Below, piece by piece: positions 1 to 64,000 of a stretch of DNA of 64,000 bases. This stretch comes from the human T2T-CHM13v2.0 reference genome, Homo sapiens. Under the pieces are notes generated by a model. The model saw only the letters and a program-made list of their open reading frames with translations. It was not told the DNA's origin and did no database searches. Numbering within the stretch: the stretch's first letter is position 1; each line of letters begins with the position of its first letter. The stretch is taken from the NCBI RefSeq assembly GCF_009914755.1, contig NC_060929.1, one strand, 5' to 3'. A program made the position numbers and the translations under genes.

Positions 1-714
1 TTGGTGGTGGGATAAGGCTCAGATCCACCTGCCTAGGGGGAGAGGGGGGATGGGGCAATGGAGGTGGGGATGGGGAAATGGAGGTTGGGAAGGGTGTTGG
101 GCAGATCCCAGGATCCTCTTCAAGAGCAGAGCTTCTAAGCTACCATAGACATTTGTGATCCATCTGGCCGGCAGTGTTTTCTAGCCACAGAGTAAACCAC
201 AGGGAGCTCTCAAGTCCATTTTGGGTGACAGCTCTGTCTCCTCTTTCAGGCCTTTATGCTGCCACAGCTCTCTTCCTAAACCAGAGCTTGTCTTGCTCTT
301 CCCTTCCTCAAACAACCCTGCTGGCACCTGTGGCCCAGTTTAGCATGCACAGCTCTTTGTGGTCAAAACCCTACCTTCCTACCTACCCCATTTCTCTCTG
401 CTCCTCAGTGTGCTTCCCATACTCTTGCCACCCTAGATTTTGACTCTTCCCCAAACAAGCCAGGCCTGGCCATATCTCATTGCTTTTTAAAAGGCCACTC
501 CCAGGAAAGTTCAATTCCCTTTCTCACTCTGGCAAACTCCTATTCATCCTTAAAGACCTAGGACTAGAAGTTCCCTCCTCTGGACAGCCACTTCCATTGC
601 TTGTATTGCCACTTAAGAGCTCCTTGTGTAATAAGGCAATTGTCCATTTTTATGACTGTTTTTGTCACAGGCTGTAGGATCCTCAAAGGCAGGATGTGTT
701 TCTTTCCCATGAGA

Positions 715-960
715 AGCAGGATGGTTTAGTGGTTGAGTGAGCAAGTTCTGGAGTCAGACAGCCTGGGCCCAGATCCTGGCTCTACGGTTTATTAGACATT
801 TACTCTTGGGCAAGTTCTTTAACTTCTCTGTGTCTCAGTCTACTCAACTGTAAAATGAGTTAATAGTGTTTTAACTACATGGTTGTTTCAATAATTAAAT
901 GAATATATATCTATTTCACAATTAGAGTGGTATCTGATGTATAATAAAGTACTAAATAAA
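715..960 (+). mobile_element. MIR SINE
   Basis: ctggagtcagacagcctggg...ttgggcaagttcttaacttctctgtgtctcagt...tgtaaaatg MIR core. Confidence 0.8.
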
Positions 961-987
961 TCTGCTATTATAATAATGTTTGAAACA

Positions 988-1154
988 GGCTGAGCATAGT
1001 GGCTCACACCTGTAATCCCAGCATTTTGGGAGACTGAGGCAGGAAGATGGCTTGAGCCTAGGAGGTTGAGGCTGCGGTGAGCTATGATCGAACCACTCTA
1101 CTCCAGCCTGGGTGACAAAGCAAGACCTTGTCTCTAATGACAACAAAAAACAAA
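988..1154 (+). mobile_element. Alu monomer (FAM/FRAM-like)
   Basis: ggctgagcatagtggctcacacctgtaatcccagc...gcaagaccttgtctc plus A-rich tail. Confidence 0.85.
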
Positions 1155-2417
1155 GCCATCATAAGGCACAGTACCTGGAACATAATGGAGATTTACATGC
1201 ACATTTTTAGATAAATTCCTCAGCTATATCCCTCTCTCCCTTCTCTTCATCCCCTCCATCCCTTCCTTCTTTCCTTCCTTCTTCTTCCAGTTGCCTCGTT
1301 TTCCTCCATCTTCCTTTCTTTTCTTTCTCCCTTCATTATTCCCTGCGTCTTTGGCCCACCATTGGTACTCACAGATCAACTAGGCTCCTCTAGGGAACCT
1401 GAGGGCTGAAAGGTCCAATGAATTCCAAACTCTTCTCCCTGAAACTCCTACAGTGGAAGCTCCTGGGGGAAGGAGGGATGGATGATAAGAGCCAGGGAGT
1501 TGGTGTGAACAGCTGAGCCCTGGAAGATATGTGGCTAACCTGATGGGGTGGAAGGGGGCAAATGGGAGTGAGGGAGGGAGAGACATGGAAAGAAACAGGG
1601 GCAGGGAAGTCCCCTTCAGGAATGGAGGCAGAGGCTGGATAGGCTGCCCTTGGTCACTTTCCCTAGATGCATAAGCCCTGGTCTCCAGAATCTTTCCAGA
1701 TACTGCGGAGGGAGAAGGAGTGAGCAAGGCAGAACAAGAGCAGGAAAAAACATCATATTATTTCCTTTTCCGGCAGGGCTGCTCTGATGGATTTAAGCCG
1801 CCTGAATCACCTGTGCTCACCCATTCTAGAGGAAGAATCTCAAGCTTTGGGTCTGGACTTCTGGTCTGGCTCCTCCACTTATCTGGTGTGTGGCTTAAGG
1901 CAAGTTCCAGAGCCTGTGAGGGCCTAAACTTCCTTCTTAGTGAACCCAGCTCTACTCCCTTATCCTTCCCAGGGAGGCAGGGGTTGCATAGATAAAATAA
2001 GGTAAAGTTTGGATATGCATTGGAAAGTGTCACAGATGGGCAAGGAGTCTCTATCGTCATGCTGGTGACCTGGAGGATCAGGTGGCAGAGGCCTGTCTTA
2101 CAACAAGAGCCTCCAAGAACCTTCCAGAGTTGGACATCTAGCGCTGTGGGCAGACTTGACTTGGCTCCCAGCCTTCCGCTTCCAAGAAGGGCTGACTACC
2201 TTCTCTACTGGGATACATTCCAATGAAAAATTACCTGGAAGGAGGAGAGAGGGCCAGTGCATGGGTCCTGAGGAGACACCATGATATTCTCTTCCCTCGC
2301 CTCCTCTAGGAAGACCCCTCTCCTGGGGAGGAGCAGGAAAAATAGCAGCTGTTTTAAAATTTGGTAAGACAGTTCCAAATGACACCTGTAGCAGACTTCA
2401 ATAGTCAGTCCTCGATT

Positions 2418-2527
2418 GGAAGCCAGGGCCAGCCAGGAAGGAGAAGAGGGGTCCCCCAGTGGGTTCAGATACGGAAGCCAGGGCCACCCAGGAAGGAGAA
2501 GAGGGGTCCCCCAGTGGGTTCAGATAC
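2418..2527. repeat. 55-bp tandem duplication (2 copies, 1 mismatch)
   Basis: 2418-2472 vs 2473-2527 directly aligned. Confidence 0.95.
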
Positions 2528-2829
2528 CCTGAAGGGGGGTCTGGGACAGACAGGGACAGCAATATTTTTGAGTGGCAGTGAGACTGAGAAGGCCAGGGCT
2601 CAGCAGCTTTTCCTGGAAGAACTGGGCATTTTGGGCACTGACATCCAGGACTCCGAAAAGCTGGGTAATTTTAGGGGAGGAAAAATAAAAGGGAGTTAAA
2701 AAACAAGAAACAAAGGTCTTTTCCTTCTCTCTCTTCCTCTTATTCCTTTTTCTGATCTCAATGAGCAGCTCTTGGTCTACTGCCGACATAATACCGTTTC
2801 ATAAACATGAAAACATCTTCCTCCTTCCT

Positions 2830-3209
2830 CAGACAGGCTATCATTCTTTATTCTTATCCTTTTGTTTTAAAGCATTTTTATTAGTCTATTTTTTTCTTAA
2901 ATTTTTAAACAGCTATTTTTAAAAACACAACAAATACACAACACAAAACTTGGTAAAAATAACTCACTATATGGTACATATACGCAGATGGTGTAATATA
3001 TTTATATAATAAAAGATGAAAATAGTCACTTTCCATAATAAAAATAAGTTCTATTTTTTGTTTATTTTACAATATACTTAATATTCTCTTCTTCTTTACC
3101 TTCCTCTCCAGCTTCATTTCCTTCATGCTGAATCACCAGGGGGTCCCACATGGCTGTCCCAACTCCATCAAGCTGGAGTCCGAGAGGTGGCAGGCAGGCG
3201 GGCAGGGGC
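2830..3209 (-). other. SLIT3: SLIT3 proximal 3' UTR (AU/GU-rich); a longer UTR may extend further left
   Basis: Follows the stop codon; minus-strand AATAAA at 3061-3066, 2877-2882 and 2847-2852; cleavage site is inferred. Confidence 0.7.
2847..2882 (-). terminator. Paired polyadenylation signals (AATAAA x2)
   Basis: TTTATT on plus at 2847-2852 and 2877-2882. Confidence 0.65.
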
Positions 3210-61234
<58,025 letters not shown>

Positions 61235-63087
61235 CTGAAAGAGGTGTGGAGAGACAACACCTGAGAAAGAGACACTGTACAAATTCTCACCTTTTCAGAG
61301 AAGCCTCCCTGACTTTCCAGGCTGGATTAGGTCCCTCTTTTACTCTTAGAGCCTCCCTCCCCAACTTCAAAGCATTACTATATTTGTCATTTAATATTTA
61401 TTTGATTATCCAATGAATGACATTTTTTTCTCCACTGGACTTATACATTTCATGTTGGCAGGATTCTTGTCTAAAATTGCCCACCGTTGGATCCCCCCGT
61501 GGCTGTTTACAGAGCTGATACATAGTAGGTATTCAATAAATATTTGTTTAATAAATAAAGCACTCATTTTATACTCAGCCCTCAAAATATCCTTATGTAG
61601 CAGGAAGTCACAGTTGAAGAAAAGTTCAGAGATGTTAAAACACTTGCCCAAGGTCATGCAGCAAGCAAGTGGTTGAGCTAGGACTTGAACCCAGCTCTGA
61701 CTGTAGTCTTACCACAATTCCACACTTAGCTTCCGGAAGCTGTTGGGAGAACTGAGCCAGGCATGATTAAGAACCCTAATTCAATGTTGACTATCTCTGA
61801 TGTACATTTGGAAACTGAGGAAATGGGGGGCTATCTCTGTTGTTGGAGCACTGTACTACAGTTCCCAGCAGAAGGACTACATGGCAGGAGGGGACAGGGG
61901 TTCAGAGTGAGGTTGCACCCAACAGATGGGGACTCCTTCTGGACATGCAAAGGCTGAGCTAAGATCTGCCTGGACTTCAGCATCCTACACTGACCTGCTC
62001 ACCTAGGATGAGGCCGCCTCCTTAGAGACTCAAGTGTGGCTTAAGATAAGAACGTCTCATTGTAATTATGTAATCATGAATTACAAAGGTTATTCCTACC
62101 TATAAATAAAAGTTAATGCTATCCTCAAGTGGGGACATGCCACCCTTGCTGTAAACCCCTTTCTCCAGGCTTTCTGTTGCTCTCAGGACAAAGCTGAAGA
62201 ACATTTAAGATGGCTTACAAGAACTGCTTTGATCTCCTTGGTGATCTAAAGCTCCCATAGCATCCTCTCCTATAAGAGTCAACACATAGCCACTGCTGTC
62301 CATTTGTCAAGTGTCTGCCTTAAGCTCCATGAGGCTAGACCTAGGTCTATCTCTTGCTAGCCTGGTGCTTCTCAAACTTCAACATACATGCAAATCACCT
62401 GGATTTTGCTAGACCACAGATTCTGACCCTAGGTCTGGGGTAAGGTTGGAGAATCTGCATTTCTAATGAGCTCCTGGGTGATGGTGGTGACTGCTGGTCT
62501 GCAGACCACATTTTGAGTAATAAGGTGCTAGCACACTACCTGGTGTCCAGTAGACCTACCACAAAATGACTAAATGGGATAGAAATGGGTTAAAACAGAA
62601 TATGGGTCAAGGTGTCAATGACTGAACCAGCCTTAGCTTTAAGGCCACATTGGAACGTGCATTATCTTTAATTGTTTAATTAAGACCAAGTAACTTTCCT
62701 CCTATGGCTGGCCCCTGGGGACTCTCATGGCACAGGGTGCTGGACTGGACCTAATAAGGTCTTAGGTGGCCATGGCATATTGGACTGATGTCCTTTTGCT
62801 TTGATCCTCGATTGTGTACACATTATGGGCCAAGAGCTATGCTAGATCCTGGGAGAAATACAAAGATGAACCAGATTCCATTTCTGTCTCAGGGAGCCTA
62901 AAATTCAGTCATGCACATGCTTAGATTGTGCCCTCAGACAGAAAAGCCAAGAGAAATGCATTCATTCATGCATGCATTCATTCAAGCCCAAGTATTTATT
63001 GAACGATTATGATGTACCAAGTATCGTATATACTGGTGAATAAGAGCCATAATTCCTGCTTTCAGGCAATTAAAAATCAAATATAGG

Positions 63088-64000
63088 TGGAGAGGGAGGC
63101 AGGGAGGGAGAGGGAGGCAGGGAGGGAGAGGGAGGCAGGGAGGCAGAGGGAGGCAGGGAGGCAGAGGGAGGCAGGGAGGAAGAGGGAGGCAGGGAGGGAG
63201 GGAGAGGGAGGGAGGGAGAGGGAGGGAGGAAGGGAGGGAGGGAGAGGGAGGCAGGGAGGGAGAGGGAGGCAGGGAGGGAGGGAGGGAGAGGGAGGCAGGG
63301 AGAGAGGGAGAGGGAGGCAGGGAGGGAGGGAGGGAGAGGGAGGCAGGGAGGGAGCGAGGGAGAGGGAGGCAAGGAGGGAGGGAGGGAGAGGGAGGGAGGG
63401 TGGGAGGGAGGGAGAGGGAGGCAAGGAGGGAGGGAGGGAGAGGGAGGGAGGGTGGGAGGGAGGGAGAGGGAGGGAGGGTGGGAGGGAGGGAGAGGGAGGG
63501 AGGGTGGGAGGGAGGGAGAGGGAGGGAGAGGGAGGGAGGGTGGGAGGGAGGGAGAGGGAGGGAGGGTGGGAGGGAGGGAGAGGGAGGGAGGGTGGGAGGG
63601 AGGGAGAGGGAGGGAGGGTGGGAGGGAGGGAGAGGGAGGGAGGGAGGGAGGGAGGGAGAGGGAGGGAGAGGGAGGGAGGGTGGGAGGGAGGGAGAGGGAG
63701 GGTGGGAGGGAGAGGGAGGCAGGGAGAGGGAGGCAGGGAGACAGGGAGGCAGGGAGGGAGGGAGAGGGAGGCAGGGAGACAGGGAGGCAGGGAGGCAGGG
63801 AGACAGGGAGGCAGGGAGGGAGGGAGAGGGAGGCAGGGAGGGAGGGAGGGAGAGGGAGGCAGGGAGGGAGGGAGGGAGAGGGAGGCAGGGAGGGAGGGAG
63901 GGGGAGGGAGGCAGGGAGAGGGAGGCAAGGAGGGAGGGAGGGAGAGGGAGGCAAGGAGGGAGGGAGGGAGAGGGAGGCAGGGAGGGAGGGAGAGGGAGGG
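63088..64000. repeat. GA-rich (GGGA/GGGAGA/GGCA) complex VNTR, truncated by window edge
   Basis: Over 900 bp of near-pure purine on the plus strand. Confidence 0.97.

Noticed and set aside
63070-63954. 294-aa and 283-aa Pro/Ser/Leu-rich ORFs
   Set aside because: Stop-free by composition of the CCCT repeat; no ATG start or domain content

Overview
Primate (human-like) genomic DNA containing the 3' part of SLIT3 on the minus strand. I traced 16 coding exons (61234 down to the TAA at 3210-3212), all GT-AG and phase-consistent, totalling 2302 nt. They encode the end of LRR domain 4, EGF1-6, laminin-G, EGF7-9 and the C-terminal cystine knot; exon numbers 21-36 assume the usual 36-exon model. The introns are mostly Alu, MIR, L1, MER and MaLR LTR relics plus simple repeats, and a GA-rich VNTR of over 900 bp runs off the right edge. 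I see no new gene system. The best second-look items are: a complex templated insertion inside an Alu copied from a hairpin 3.2 kb away; an in-frame alternative acceptor adding VLWFCCP; register-matched EGF exon ends allowing seamless two-EGF skipping; a THE1 solo LTR with a perfect DUX4 motif 28 bp from a splice donor; a 55-bp tandem duplication past the stop; and a dispersed ~100-bp duplication around exon 28. Repeat boundaries and subfamilies were assigned by eye and are approximate.
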